This document shows positions 8,653 through 17,074 of a DNA stretch of 29,296 nucleotides, one piece after another. Where the stretch lies: the UHGV virus genome UHGV-0080837; one strand, given 5' to 3'. Under the pieces are notes generated by a model, which worked only from the letters and a program-made list of their open reading frames with translations, was not told the DNA's origin and did not search any database. The stretch is from a virus. The translations under genes were made by a program, and so were the position numbers. Each line of letters begins with the position of its first letter. Position 1 is the stretch's first letter.

Positions 8653-9239
8653 TTTGCCTCCTGCGGCGGTTCTGGTAGCGGCATCCAGTGTGATGGTATC
8701 CACGACGCACCAGGTATTACCCACCCATCATTAGCGTCAGGATGCCCCGGGATGTAAGTCGCCCATTTCATTCGCCAGTCACCTTTCCTGTCAAACTCCC
8801 TGGCAACAAGAACGGCTGTTTTGGTATCCGGCATTCGCTCACTACAGCTTATCCAACTATCCGGAATTACCGGATAGTTGCGCATTGCGACCTTTAATGC
8901 CTCATAGAAGCAACCTTTCAGATTGTTGAACTGACGCCCATTTAGCGGGCCGTGTTCAGTCAGCATGTTGTGTAATTTCCATGCCGCGTCGTTTACTTCG
9001 TTGGATGACAGGGGAGGCAACTTGTAAGTTTGGCTTACAGGTTCGGCACCATGAAGCATGGCAGCACGGCAGGCGTTCCAGCCAGCTGTTCGCCCAAGCG
9101 AGTAAACTTCAGATGGCTCAAGATAATCAATGTCATGCCCGTCCTCATCGTCGTTCTCAGGTAATGCAGCAGGTACTACTGGTACTGGAGGGGGCGGCAT
9201 AAACAGGAATAACGTCCGCTTGCTCTTTATTGCTTTCAT
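8649..9239 (-). CDS. DUF551-domain phage protein
   Basis: C-terminal region (WISCSERMPDTKTAVLV ... GWVIPGASWIPSHWMPLP) fits the DUF551 pattern. The start is uncertain (alternative ATG at 9200); the track ORF overlaps the upstream gene by about 80 nt. Confidence 0.5.
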   Translation of the reverse strand: MKAIKSKRTLFLFMPPPPVPVVPAALPENDDEDGHDIDYLEPSEVYSLGRTAGWNACRAAMLHGAEPVSQTYKLPPLSSNEVNDAAWKLHNMLTEHGPLNGRQFNNLKGCFYEALKVAMRNYPVIPDSWISCSERMPDTKTAVLVAREFDRKGDWRMKWATYIPGHPDANDGWVIPGASWIPSHWMPLPEPPQEAK

Positions 9240-9417
9240 CCGTTAAAGCCCAGAATAATTTCCCGGCCGGATGTTTGAAAATATAAGCAACTGGATCTGC
9301 TTCCAGCGATGCCAGTGCAATTTCATAAGCCCGGCGTTCAATATTGTCTCGAACGTCCAGGCTGCTGATACGCTCTTTGATTTCTTTAATCAGTTCTTTG
9401 TCGGTTAAAGTGGTCAT
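9157..9417 (-). CDS. hypothetical protein
   Basis: 86-aa ORF, ATGA-coupled to the upstream gene. Confidence 0.4.
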   Translation of the reverse strand: MTTLTDKELIKEIKERISSLDVRDNIERRAYEIALASLEADPVAYIFKHPAGKLFWALTDESNKEQADVIPVYAAPSSTSSTCCIT

Positions 9418-9623
9418 TTGTTAATCCTCAAAACTTTATGCCCGGGCGCAAAAGCACGTGTTTTGTCTTTGCTTATTCGCCAGCCATCCTTACGTGCCTC
9501 TTTTGCACAGCCAGCCCATGACGTACCGATATATTCACCGAAGTCTGGCACTGGATATACACCTTCCGTACACTGGCGGCAGTCACAATAGAGATGCATG
9601 GTGTAACTTGCGGCAATAGCCAT
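9414..9623 (-). CDS. small Cys-rich protein
   Basis: Start placed at the ATG at 9621-9623 (MAIAASYTMHLYCDCRQC...), preceded by AAGGAG; the track ORF extends to 9695 in an overlapping frame. Confidence 0.4.
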   Translation of the reverse strand: MAIAASYTMHLYCDCRQCTEGVYPVPDFGEYIGTSWAGCAKEARKDGWRISKDKTRAFAPGHKVLRINK

Positions 9624-9624
9624 A

Positions 9625-9813
9625 TCACTCTCCTTTAGTGCGCAAATGGTTTTTCCAGCGGTTTTGCGCCGCGCTGGGCTTTTTGCAAAAACCACAATCC
9701 ATCATCCCGTAATATTTCATCAACCCCATCCGTCGGTTGCTGAGTCTCACCCACTGCCAGACGCCAGGAGCGTTTCTACGAACTAACAGAATCTTTGCTT
9801 TACGGTTTTTCAT
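9625..9813 (-). CDS. small basic protein (MKNRKAK N-terminus), copy 2
   Basis: 62-aa ORF whose ATG overlaps the stop of the upstream paralog (ATGA at 9810-9813). Confidence 0.35.
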   Translation of the reverse strand: MKNRKAKILLVRRNAPGVWQWVRLSNRRMGLMKYYGMMDCGFCKKPSAAQNRWKNHLRTKGE

Positions 9814-9986
9814 CTTACTGCGTACCCTTTCTTCCGCCTGTTCTGTGACGCAGTAGGCTTACGCTTTGCGGCAAAAGCCACCTGACCAAATGGATGGAGT
9901 ACCGCTATCTTATGGTTGCTAATAACCAGCTCCACCACACGCACAGGTCGCTGTAAAAAAAGTCGTTTTGCCTTACGGTTTTTCAT
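9810..9986 (-). CDS. small basic protein (MKNRKAK N-terminus), copy 1
   Basis: 58-aa ORF, below the ORF-track cutoff, translated by hand from the ATG at 9984-9986. Its first 7 codons are near-identical in DNA to the downstream copy. Confidence 0.3.
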   Translation of the reverse strand: MKNRKAKRLFLQRPVRVVELVISNHKIAVLHPFGQVAFAAKRKPTASQNRRKKGYAVR

Positions 9987-10158
9987 CGCTTTGCTCTCCT
10001 GCGTCTCTTTGCTGCTCGTCGTGCCGCTGCAATACCGGTATGGCGGCGCTTTGGTGCTGGGGTGATGTTGTCAGCCATCAGGACCTGTGGCTTTGCAATT
10101 AGCGCAGAAGCCCAAAAACGAGTCGGGTACGGTAACAAGCCAATACATGCCACACGCA

Positions 10159-10605
10159 CTACTCACCTCCGTTGATGCGAATGCCTGTTGCAATGCTGTT
10201 TATGATGCTGTCAGTGCATGGGGTAGAAAGCTGGGCATCTCCAGCAATTTTCATGACATCAACATCTGCATATCGAATACCGAGGTGTATCAGACCGGCT
10301 ATACCTGACTTAAGCCGAGCATTTTCCATAAACAGATCCTTTGCCCGCTGTTTTTCTGCCTCAAGCTCAACGCGCAACTTCCCTACCGTTAGCGCAATAT
10401 CCTCGTTCTCCTGGTCGCGGGATTTGATGTATTGCTGGTTTCTTTCCAGTTCATCCAGCAGTGCCAGCGCGATATCTGGCGAAAAGTGCTTCATAAAATC
10501 GTTAAGCGCATTAATTCGCTGATCGAAGGGCATTACAGGTGCTTCACCAGCAATTTTTGTTTTTTCAGCGATTTCACGAAGCTTTTGATAATCAATCTTG
10601 CTCAC
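10159..10605 (-). CDS. Ea22-like phage protein (paralog 3)
   Basis: GTG start preceded by AGGAGG; N-terminus MSKIDYQKLREIAE shared with the neighbouring paralog; coiled-coil middle. Confidence 0.55.
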   Translation of the reverse strand: MSKIDYQKLREIAEKTKIAGEAPVMPFDQRINALNDFMKHFSPDIALALLDELERNQQYIKSRDQENEDIALTVGKLRVELEAEKQRAKDLFMENARLKSGIAGLIHLGIRYADVDVMKIAGDAQLSTPCTDSIINSIATGIRINGGE

Positions 10606-11189
10606 TGGTTGCCTCCTTTGCGAAGCTGTTCAGCAATACTTACGCATATCTCTGCGCCTCTAATCAGCCCCGGAACGTTCTTGTTTGGCCCAACTTCACC
10701 ATCAACAAAATCAATCATCGCGTTACGAGCCATATCCACCCCCTGCGCACGTACTTCAGCCAGGAGAGCGTCGGTAGCTGGGGTTTCCGTGAAGTTGTCC
10801 TCCCAACCGTAGTACTCCTGACGACAGAAGTTATTAAATTCCTTCTCCGACTGTTTAAGCGCCGCATTCTCCACTGCCAGCGCCGCGCACTTGGCCTCAA
10901 GAGCGGCAACCACTTCCTGATGGTCTTTGTACTTAACGTATGAGCCGGAGATGTCATCACCTTCGGTGTTTAGCCATGCGTCATTGCAATTCACTGCGTA
11001 GGTTCTGATGCTGATGCTCTCCCGCCCCTGACAGACGCCAGGCCAGTCAATAAAGTATCCGCAATGCCTACCCTCAGACGTGCGCGCAGGATAAATGCCG
11101 TTATGACCCGGCAAAATATATGCTACCCATTCATCTTGCGTTGCCTGTTCCGCCGCCTCGCGCAGTTCTTGATAGTTAATTTTGCTCAC
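10602..11189 (-). CDS. Ea22-like phage protein (paralog 2)
   Basis: GTG start preceded by AGGAGG; N-terminus MSKINYQELREAAE; C-terminus ATDALLAEVRAQGVDM ... QLRKGGNQ shared with the 14072..14506 paralog. Confidence 0.6.
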   Translation of the reverse strand: MSKINYQELREAAEQATQDEWVAYILPGHNGIYPARTSEGRHCGYFIDWPGVCQGRESISIRTYAVNCNDAWLNTEGDDISGSYVKYKDHQEVVAALEAKCAALAVENAALKQSEKEFNNFCRQEYYGWEDNFTETPATDALLAEVRAQGVDMARNAMIDFVDGEVGPNKNVPGLIRGAEICVSIAEQLRKGGNQ

Positions 11190-11475
11190 TGGTTGCCTCC
11201 GCTTCCCACGTTTTCAGACTTTCACCACAGAATGGGCAAAATGAAACTCGAATAGGCGATTTAGAAAATTCACCAGACCGCAGCATGATCAGGTCCTGTG
11301 AATGAATTAATTCATGGTTATAGACTTTGTATTTCAGCAGGCCTTTTCGCGTCGTGTATTCAGCATCCTGCTCCAGAGATTGTGCCAGCGCCGCGCACGG
11401 TTCTATTTTTCTGCCATTAATCAAACAAGTGGAGATTCTGCACTTTGCAGCTCCGTCACCGTTACCTTGACTCAT
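11176..11475 (-). CDS. hypothetical protein with CxxC pairs (possible zinc ribbon)
   Basis: 99-aa ORF with CRISTC and CPFCG motifs. Confidence 0.4.
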   Translation of the reverse strand: MSQGNGDGAAKCRISTCLINGRKIEPCAALAQSLEQDAEYTTRKGLLKYKVYNHELIHSQDLIMLRSGEFSKSPIRVSFCPFCGESLKTWEAEATSEQN

Positions 11476-11488
11476 TGCGTTGTTCCCA

Positions 11489-12484
11489 TCAGTTATTAAA
11501 CGTGATCACTCCGCGCTCGATGGCGAAGTCGAAAAGCTGGTTAGCGACTACATAAAGGCGTATGCCATGTGCTTTTTCCCATGCCCGGACATCGTGTTCT
11601 GCGCTTCTGGCGCAGTCATCGCAAAGAGGAACAGCCCAGCGGTCGTGTTCGTTTAACGAGCGGGCGCGGTACATGAACGGGTGGTTAACTTTGCTACCGC
11701 ATCCGATGCACGGACGAGAAACCACAAAGCGGAGATAAGCCGGGCTTTTTCCGAGTAAGGTTTTTGGACGGCGCATATATAGGAGGCCAGAATCCTCATC
11801 TACAGACAGGTTGACGATCTGCTCTGCGGTTATGTCCACCAGCTCGCGCGTACTGCGCTCCCAGGTGATATCTGATTCTTTCAGCGTACCGGTAGGGATT
11901 TCAGTTTTTGGCTGACAAAATGCAATGCGCCCGGCTTCATCTGGCAGCTCATCTTTCAGATTCCGGCGAATGGCCCAAAAAGTGAGTTCAACCATGCTCA
12001 GATCGCGTTCTGGCGGTAGTTTTAACTCGCTCGCAGCCCAGTTCATAACCCAGTTGGCGCGATTCAGGGATAACTGGTCGTCCAGCTTGCTGTACCCCTT
12101 CATCATGTATTCCGCATCATGCTTCCAGCACAGGCGAACGGCAGAGCCGTTATAGAAATGAGTGGTTAGCTGGTGGCTGCAATCGCGCTTATCGTGCGCC
12201 TGGCAATCGTGGATATTGGAACTTACCCAATGAACAAGCGAATCTTCACCGCCTAACGCGTTAAATACGCGCTCGCTTTGAAAAAATGGTTTCAGCGACT
12301 GGTTGGCAACCAGCGAATAATTCAGATCCACTACGCCATCTGGAGTGTTTTCAGCCTGTTCTCGCGGAAGTGGTGAGATAATGAAACGGCGACCTGCGCC
12401 GATGTAGTTGCTGGTGGGCTTGTCTACCGGAAAGACAGCCACACCAGTTTCATTTACGACATATGGGGTGATTATTGCACTCAT
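11489..12484 (-). CDS. DUF968-like prophage protein
   Basis: 331-aa ORF with C-terminal Cys/His cluster (CIGCGS ... CDDCARSAEHD) as in lambdoid DUF968 proteins. Confidence 0.5.
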   Translation of the reverse strand: MSAIITPYVVNETGVAVFPVDKPTSNYIGAGRRFIISPLPREQAENTPDGVVDLNYSLVANQSLKPFFQSERVFNALGGEDSLVHWVSSNIHDCQAHDKRDCSHQLTTHFYNGSAVRLCWKHDAEYMMKGYSKLDDQLSLNRANWVMNWAASELKLPPERDLSMVELTFWAIRRNLKDELPDEAGRIAFCQPKTEIPTGTLKESDITWERSTRELVDITAEQIVNLSVDEDSGLLYMRRPKTLLGKSPAYLRFVVSRPCIGCGSKVNHPFMYRARSLNEHDRWAVPLCDDCARSAEHDVRAWEKAHGIRLYVVANQLFDFAIERGVITFNN

Positions 12485-12527
12485 AATGCATACCGACTCT
12501 GTTTTGTTCCGAGTGGTAAAATAATAT

Positions 12528-12558
12528 GTTAGAAAACTAAAATCAATATTCTAACGCA
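12528..12558. promoter_or_regulatory. operator dyad with leftward promoter-like elements (internal promoter)
   Basis: TGTTAGAAAA (12528-12537) and TTCTAACGCA (12549-12558) in inverted orientation. Minus-strand TTGATT and an AT-rich -10-like hexamer overlap it. Confidence 0.4.
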
Positions 12559-12581
12559 TTTTGAGTGCGTAAATGATTTGA

Positions 12582-13274
12582 TCAGACTTTAAGCTGCCCT
12601 CCCTTCACCTGCATTAGCGTCAGATTTCCACAAAAAACCGCGCCCGTGTCTATGTAGTGCTGATTCCAGTATGCTTTTGGTCTTCGTACCGGTGTGTGCC
12701 CAAAGATAAAGCGATCTGCGCCTGTGATTTCTCCACCAATGCCATCTATCGAATCACCGACGCGACTGCGCGACCAGACAACATCAAAAAGCGATACATC
12801 CTTACCGAACTGGTACTCTCCACCTGGATAGTCGGCATGGGCTATAACGATAGTTTCATGTCCGGTGTTCAACTCAATGATATATGGCAGACGCTTTACC
12901 AGCTCCACCAGCGCCTTGGCTAATATTTCCTGATCAGTGTCCAGCATGAAGAACCATTGTCCGCCATTCATTAGCCAGTTATTCACGTTGCCATCAGGAC
13001 TTAACGCATCAAGCATCAACCGCTCATGGTTCCCCATTACTGCCCTGAACCAGGGCATCTGCAATAGTTCCAGACATTCGACATTTTCAGTACCGCGATC
13101 GATAAGGTCGCCAACCGATATCAGTAAATCCTGCGCCGGGTCAAAATCCACACGATGGAGTTCGGACATCAGTCTGGTGTAGCAACCATGCAGATCACCA
13201 ACTACCCATATGTTTCTGTAGCCAGAACCATCAATACGGCTATATAAATTCACTTCATGCATAGCCTGGATCAT
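12582..13274 (-). CDS. Ser/Thr protein phosphatase, bacteriophage lambda PPase family
   Basis: Near-colinear similarity to lambda phosphatase from memory: [48 protein letters not shown]. Start taken at the ATG at 13274 (ATGA overlap with the upstream stop). Confidence 0.9.
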   Translation of the reverse strand: MIQAMHEVNLYSRIDGSGYRNIWVVGDLHGCYTRLMSELHRVDFDPAQDLLISVGDLIDRGTENVECLELLQMPWFRAVMGNHERLMLDALSPDGNVNNWLMNGGQWFFMLDTDQEILAKALVELVKRLPYIIELNTGHETIVIAHADYPGGEYQFGKDVSLFDVVWSRSRVGDSIDGIGGEITGADRFIFGHTPVRRPKAYWNQHYIDTGAVFCGNLTLMQVKGGQLKV

Positions 13275-13582
13275 GCGGCAACCTTCTCCCGCAGCCAGAT
13301 ACAAACTGGACCATCTTCAGTGTCATGAATAGAGCCAACAAACCAGCCTTCACCCTCTGGTCGCTCCGGTTCCCAGGCGGCAATATCGGGACCAGCTGCG
13401 TCCAGATCAAAATCATCTTCATCCATACTGCGAATAGTCCACTGAAGATTATTTTCCTTCATCCAGGCGTCAAATTCCTCAGTGGATATATATTCACGAC
13501 CTGCGCAAAACTTTTCATACTCCGGATGTGTCCAGCAGCCATATTCATCACGTTCTACCGGCATTTCTTTAATGATGCTCAC
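13271..13582 (-). CDS. hypothetical protein
   Basis: 103-aa acidic ORF in operon context. Confidence 0.45.
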   Translation of the reverse strand: MSIIKEMPVERDEYGCWTHPEYEKFCAGREYISTEEFDAWMKENNLQWTIRSMDEDDFDLDAAGPDIAAWEPERPEGEGWFVGSIHDTEDGPVCIWLREKVAA

Positions 13583-13803
13583 TCTTCATCCTCCAAGTCG
13601 GCAACGGCATCCATCACATCAGAACCGCGAATAACCTCAAAAGCACGGCAGGCCATTTCAAACACCTGTTGTTCTTGCGGATGCGGTGACTCCCAATACT
13701 TAAAACCAGGTCGATGCTCGTAACCCATCATGGAATAAAAATCGCCAGCAAGTTCAATCGCGGCATCAACAAGTTCGCGATTTGTCATCGTCTGTTCTGT
13801 CAT
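13579..13803 (-). CDS. hypothetical protein
   Basis: 74-aa ORF, ATGA-type coupling on both sides. Confidence 0.4.
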   Translation of the reverse strand: MTEQTMTNRELVDAAIELAGDFYSMMGYEHRPGFKYWESPHPQEQQVFEMACRAFEVIRGSDVMDAVADLEDEE

Positions 13804-14075
13804 TTTGTTTTCTCCTGTCTGAACATCACTATCATCAGGTCGCCTTTTGTCGCTATCCTGGCTGTTGTGCCAGGCTCAATGCGGCTAAGTTCAAATGCGT
13901 CATAGAACGCCTCTAACGCTTTCTGGCGTCTCTCCTGTTTGCGGCGCTTTCCCCACTGCTTTAGAAAAACAGAGGCCGCCCACTTCCCCGCACTGAACAT
14001 GATGTAAAGCCAACCGAGAAGTGCCAGACCGGAATTTAGGAGCGTATCGATCGTTATTGTCGTGTCGATATTCAC
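13800..14075 (-). CDS. small membrane protein
   Basis: GTG start in the same AGGAGGCAGCCAGTGA context as the Ea22-like genes; hydrophobic segment LLNSGLALLGWLYIMFSAG. Confidence 0.4.
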   Translation of the reverse strand: MNIDTTITIDTLLNSGLALLGWLYIMFSAGKWAASVFLKQWGKRRKQERRQKALEAFYDAFELSRIEPGTTARIATKGDLMIVMFRQEKTK

Positions 14076-14506
14076 TGGCTGCCTCCTTTGCGAAGCTGGT
14101 CGGCGAACAAACGTACACTAGACGCTTCACTGCGTAGAAACTTAACGGCATAATCAAAACCACCTCGTTCTGCGTCGTCTGCTCCGTTGTCGAGGTTATC
14201 TGCGTACATCTCTACCCCCTGCGCCCGTACTTCAGCCAGGAAAGCATCGGTGGCTGGAATGGGCTTTTGTGGTGATATAGCAATACGTATTGTCTCAAGG
14301 TCTGGATCTGTTTCCGCTGTTGGCACCTTGATATAACCCATCTGCACCCCATTCATGATGAACCTGCGACAGTCATCACATATCGCCTTTAGCCCTGCAT
14401 TCTCCGCCGCCAGCGCCGCGCGCTCTTTCTCAAGACGGAAAATTTCCGTCACATACTGAGCGTTACGCTCCGCCAGTTGCTCTGGCGTTAAACCTTCAGA
14501 CTTCAT
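14072..14506 (-). CDS. Ea22-like phage protein (paralog 1)
   Basis: ATG at 14506 preceded by AAGGAGAG; C-terminus ATDAFLAEVRAQGVEM ... QLRKGGSQ shared with the paralog at 10602..11189. Confidence 0.55.
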   Translation of the reverse strand: MKSEGLTPEQLAERNAQYVTEIFRLEKERAALAAENAGLKAICDDCRRFIMNGVQMGYIKVPTAETDPDLETIRIAISPQKPIPATDAFLAEVRAQGVEMYADNLDNGADDAERGGFDYAVKFLRSEASSVRLFADQLRKGGSQ

Positions 14507-14813
14507 GCACTCTCCTTTCGAAATAAACGTACTGATTAATCATGCCCAGGGGCATTTCGAGTTTTTCTGCGATCTCACGGCGGGGAACACCGCACTGATG
14601 AAGCTGCCGCGCCAGCTCTATATCGCTCTGCCGATATTTGGCTGACTGGTGAAAGTCACCTTTCAGAATCATTCTGATCCCCAGCTCTCGCGCTTTAGTC
14701 CTGACGGCATCACCGGTACGACCGATCAGCTTCCCGATACTCTCGACCGTCATAGTTCCGGCGCACTGGCGGAGTATCATGATTTCTGCCCTTCCCCATC
14801 CCCGCCAGCTCAC
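14496..14813 (-). CDS. putative helix-turn-helix DNA-binding protein
   Basis: 105-aa ORF with two HTH-like segments (TVESIGKLIGRTGDAVRTKARELGI and VPRREIAEKLEMPLGMI). Family not identified. Confidence 0.4.
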   Translation of the reverse strand: MSWRGWGRAEIMILRQCAGTMTVESIGKLIGRTGDAVRTKARELGIRMILKGDFHQSAKYRQSDIELARQLHQCGVPRREIAEKLEMPLGMINQYVYFERRVHEV

Positions 14814-15433
14814 GCCGACATCCTCTGAGACATAAACTCCACAAAACGAACTGCATCTTCAGAAACAACGCCGCATGACTTCAGATAATTCATTGCGTCA
14901 TTAGGTAGCGGATTAGTTGGTTCGGCATTTGCCAGGGATTGAGATAAACGCGTGATTAATTTGACCATTCTCCGCTGTCGGAGGTTGTATCCTTCGGCTA
15001 AAGACAGGTAACTGGAAAGGGTATTGCTTAAGCGAGCGCGAAGCTGATCCGTGCCGTGACATTCAATAGCAACATCACGTAACGCATCGACCAGTTCGCG
15101 GTAAATATGCGCTGCCATTCTGCAATCTGTGTCAGATGGCGCTTCATAAATTACCGTCAGCTCCAGTTTTTCAGCCAGGGCGTGTTCTGCTCGTGCTCCT
15201 GCGGACGCTTCCCAGCCCTTAAGCAGATAGATAGCATCAGCAGAACGCACCATTGCCAGGCAAATATCCATGTATTCACTCTGACAAAGGCCACCAGGTA
15301 ACACAGCTGGATTCAGAACGATATGCCCTTCAGACATCAGCTCGCTCGCTTTCGCATTAAACGCCGCACGGTTGTAGTCTGGATAACCAGTCATCGGCCC
15401 CGCGATGTAAATTTTCAAAACACGTTTCACCAT
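14810..15433 (-). CDS. DUF4406 / nucleoside 2-deoxyribosyltransferase-like protein
   Basis: N-terminus VLKIYIAGPMTGYPDYNRAAF ... VLNP ... LLKGWEASAGARAEHALA matches the DUF4406 pattern. Start taken at the ATG at 15433, which overlaps the stop of a small upstream ORF (TGATG). Confidence 0.55.
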   Translation of the reverse strand: MVKRVLKIYIAGPMTGYPDYNRAAFNAKASELMSEGHIVLNPAVLPGGLCQSEYMDICLAMVRSADAIYLLKGWEASAGARAEHALAEKLELTVIYEAPSDTDCRMAAHIYRELVDALRDVAIECHGTDQLRARLSNTLSSYLSLAEGYNLRQRRMVKLITRLSQSLANAEPTNPLPNDAMNYLKSCGVVSEDAVRFVEFMSQRMSA

Positions 15434-15588
15434 CAAAATTTCCCCAAAATCGTGACGCAAAACATAAGCACTGCGAAAAGCTCAATACCAAGCTCAAGTA
15501 GCGCCAGCGCCCCGAAAAACAACACATAGAACAGGCCAATCTCATTCACAGATGGCTGGTGGATCGCACTTAAAGCTATAAGCATCAT
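15433..15588 (-). CDS. small hydrophobic leader peptide (about 50 aa)
   Basis: Hand-translated: MMLIALSAIHQPSVNEIGLFYVLFFGALALLELGIELFAVLMFCVTILGKF. GGAGG precedes the ATGATG at 15583-15588; first ORF of the leftward operon. Confidence 0.3.
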   Translation of the reverse strand: MMLIALSAIHQPSVNEIGLFYVLFFGALALLELGIELFAVLMFCVTILGKF

Positions 15589-15613
15589 GTCCTCCAAACA
15601 GTTATCAGGAATG

Positions 15614-15658
15614 ATATTAATGTTTTGTGTTAGAAAATCAATTTTGAATATCTAACCA
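15614..15658. promoter_or_regulatory. divergent promoter region with operator dyad
   Basis: Dyad TGTTAGAAAA (15628-15637) and TATCTAACCA (15649-15658). On the minus strand TTGATT, a 16-nt spacer and TAATAT form a good sigma70 promoter with a half-site in the spacer; a rightward TTGAAT -35 overlaps the other half-site. Confidence 0.5.
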
Positions 15659-15705
15659 TTTAGATCAATCATAGAAAAATAGCTGAAAAGTAAGAGGCAG
15701 CCATC

Positions 15706-16284
15706 ATGCAGAAACAGAGCTATTGGGAGAAACAGAGACAAAAAGCCATGCAAAAATTGGCTGACCCAGCCTGGCGAGAGGAACAAAGGGCAAAGCGCCT
15801 TCAACAAGCTCAACGCCAGCAGCAACGAGCGAGAGAAAAAGCCGCATCGCCTGAATATCGGCAAAAGAGAATTGAAAAAGCAAAGCAATATGACCAGCGG
15901 AGAAAAGAGAAAGCTGTATCCACTCCGTCCAAAAAAACACGCACGTCACGCGGCCTGAAGGGCAGATCACTCACAGCCGATGAACGCCGGATACAGACCG
16001 CTATCGGTACTCTCCCCTGCATTGCCTGCCATATTCACGGGCAACATAGCCCAGTGGTATCCCTGCACCATATCTTCGGGAGAACGGCAGAGAACGCGCA
16101 TAAATATGTCCTCCCTTTGTGTAAATGGCACCACCAGTACGCAGCGCCAGCCGAGGTCCGAGAACAATATCCCTGGCTGGTCCCTGTTCATGCTGACGGA
16201 AAAATAGGCGGAAAAGCAGATTTCATGCGGCACAATGCCGATGAAATGGCGTTGTATCAGATGGCGATTGAATTGATAAATTAG
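15706..16284 (+). CDS. ref: Ref-like HNH-family nuclease (P1 recombination enhancement function type)
   Basis: 192-aa ORF with a long, highly charged K/R/Q/E-rich N-terminal region followed by a Cys/His core (CIACHIHG ... SLHHI ... LPLCKWHH), matching the known architecture of P1 Ref. AAGAGG RBS. Confidence 0.55.
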   Translation: MQKQSYWEKQRQKAMQKLADPAWREEQRAKRLQQAQRQQQRAREKAASPEYRQKRIEKAKQYDQRRKEKAVSTPSKKTRTSRGLKGRSLTADERRIQTAIGTLPCIACHIHGQHSPVVSLHHIFGRTAENAHKYVLPLCKWHHQYAAPAEVREQYPWLVPVHADGKIGGKADFMRHNADEMALYQMAIELIN

Positions 16285-16296
16285 TTTTCTAACATT
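16273..16296 (+). promoter_or_regulatory. promoter-like element with operator half-site, start of the immI-like region
   Basis: TTGATA then AATTAGTTTTCTAACAT; the 15-mer TTAGTTTTCTAACAT is shared with the minus-strand promoter at 12528-12546. Confidence 0.4.
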
Positions 16297-16615
16297 TTAA
16301 GTTGAATTGAAAAATGCTCCGATGTACATTCACTACCCATTGGCACACCGGTCAACTTTTTGAGACAAACTATTTAGTTTTTCGTATGATTGCCGCCGCC
16401 ATACCAATGGCGGTGCAATATAGGTGGCTGAAAAGCCCCCGTTGACTCACGGTGTTCCAGCCTTTATTGCGCCGCCACCAGACCGTGGAACAGTCGATGG
16501 CGGCTCCGAAAGCAAGGAGTCACTACACTATGAACAGCTACTGTCTTTTCCCATCACTCGTTGTCCGCCACTCACGCGATAATCTGCATTCTTTACTCGC
16601 GCTGGGGGTGTCAAA

Positions 16616-16783
16616 ATGACCGTTCGCTACCTCAACTTTCAAATCCAGAACATCACTGGCGGTTGCTATGACTGGTTTGTCACTCTCGGAAAAGAAGTGA
16701 TCACCGGGAAGCTGGATGAAGTGAAAGCTAAAGCAATGGCCTACGCCTGCAAGCAAGCCAGGAAGAAATCCGCCAAAGCATAA
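16616..16783 (+). CDS. small hypothetical protein (55 aa)
   Basis: Hand-translated MTVRYLNFQIQNITGGCYDWFVTLGKEVITGKLDEVKAKAMAYACKQARKKSAKA; GGGGTG 6 nt upstream of the ATG. Below the ORF-track cutoff. Confidence 0.3.
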   Translation: MTVRYLNFQIQNITGGCYDWFVTLGKEVITGKLDEVKAKAMAYACKQARKKSAKA

Positions 16784-16888
16784 AATACTGACTGTTGCGC
16801 CCTGACATTATCGTGGGGTATATTTCTACGGCACCTTAGAAAAACGGGTGCCGGGATTGGTCTCCCGGTAATGTCAAAGGCGACACAT

Positions 16889-16916
16889 AGACGCCACAAG
16901 CGTCTTTTTTGTTGTC
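16889..16916 (+). terminator. hairpin plus T-run (attenuator or terminator-like) inside the immI-like leader
   Basis: AGACGC CACAA GCGTCT followed by TTTTTTGTT at 16889-16913. Confidence 0.35.
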
Positions 16917-16924
16917 GGCGCACT

Positions 16925-17010
16925 CGCACACCTATCAATGGTGGGCTGTGTGGTGGCTTCTTCGGAAGCGCCGGTTCCCTTTGACGCCGGTAAGACCAAC
17001 TCCACACAGT
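16925..17010 (+). ncRNA. c4: candidate c4-like antisense RNA (P1 immI type); boundaries approximate
   Basis: Contains CCCTTTGAC (16977-16985) and AGACCAA (16994-17000), antiparallel complements of GTCAAAGG and TTGGTCT, which occur twice downstream/upstream as direct repeats. Also a GCUUC-UUCG-GAAGC tetraloop hairpin (16956-16969). Confidence 0.4.
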
Positions 17011-17074
17011 CCACCGCCAGTAAGATTGGTCTCTTCGGCGGTGGTATCGTTCACTGTCAAAGGAGGCTGCCAAT

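Noticed and set aside
15323-15545. Overlapping short ORFs on both strands (15323..15529 +, 15357..15545 -) at the start of the leftward operon
   Set aside because: They conflict with the better-supported arrangement of an RBS-preceded leader peptide coupled to the DUF4406 gene.
16330-16610. Hairpins (for example CCGCCAT-ACCA-ATGGCGG around 16393-16410) and a 29-codon ORF in the long leader between ref and the c4-like module
   Set aside because: The structures are short and the ORF has a poorly spaced RBS; I could not tie them to a specific function. They may belong to the long immI-like leader.
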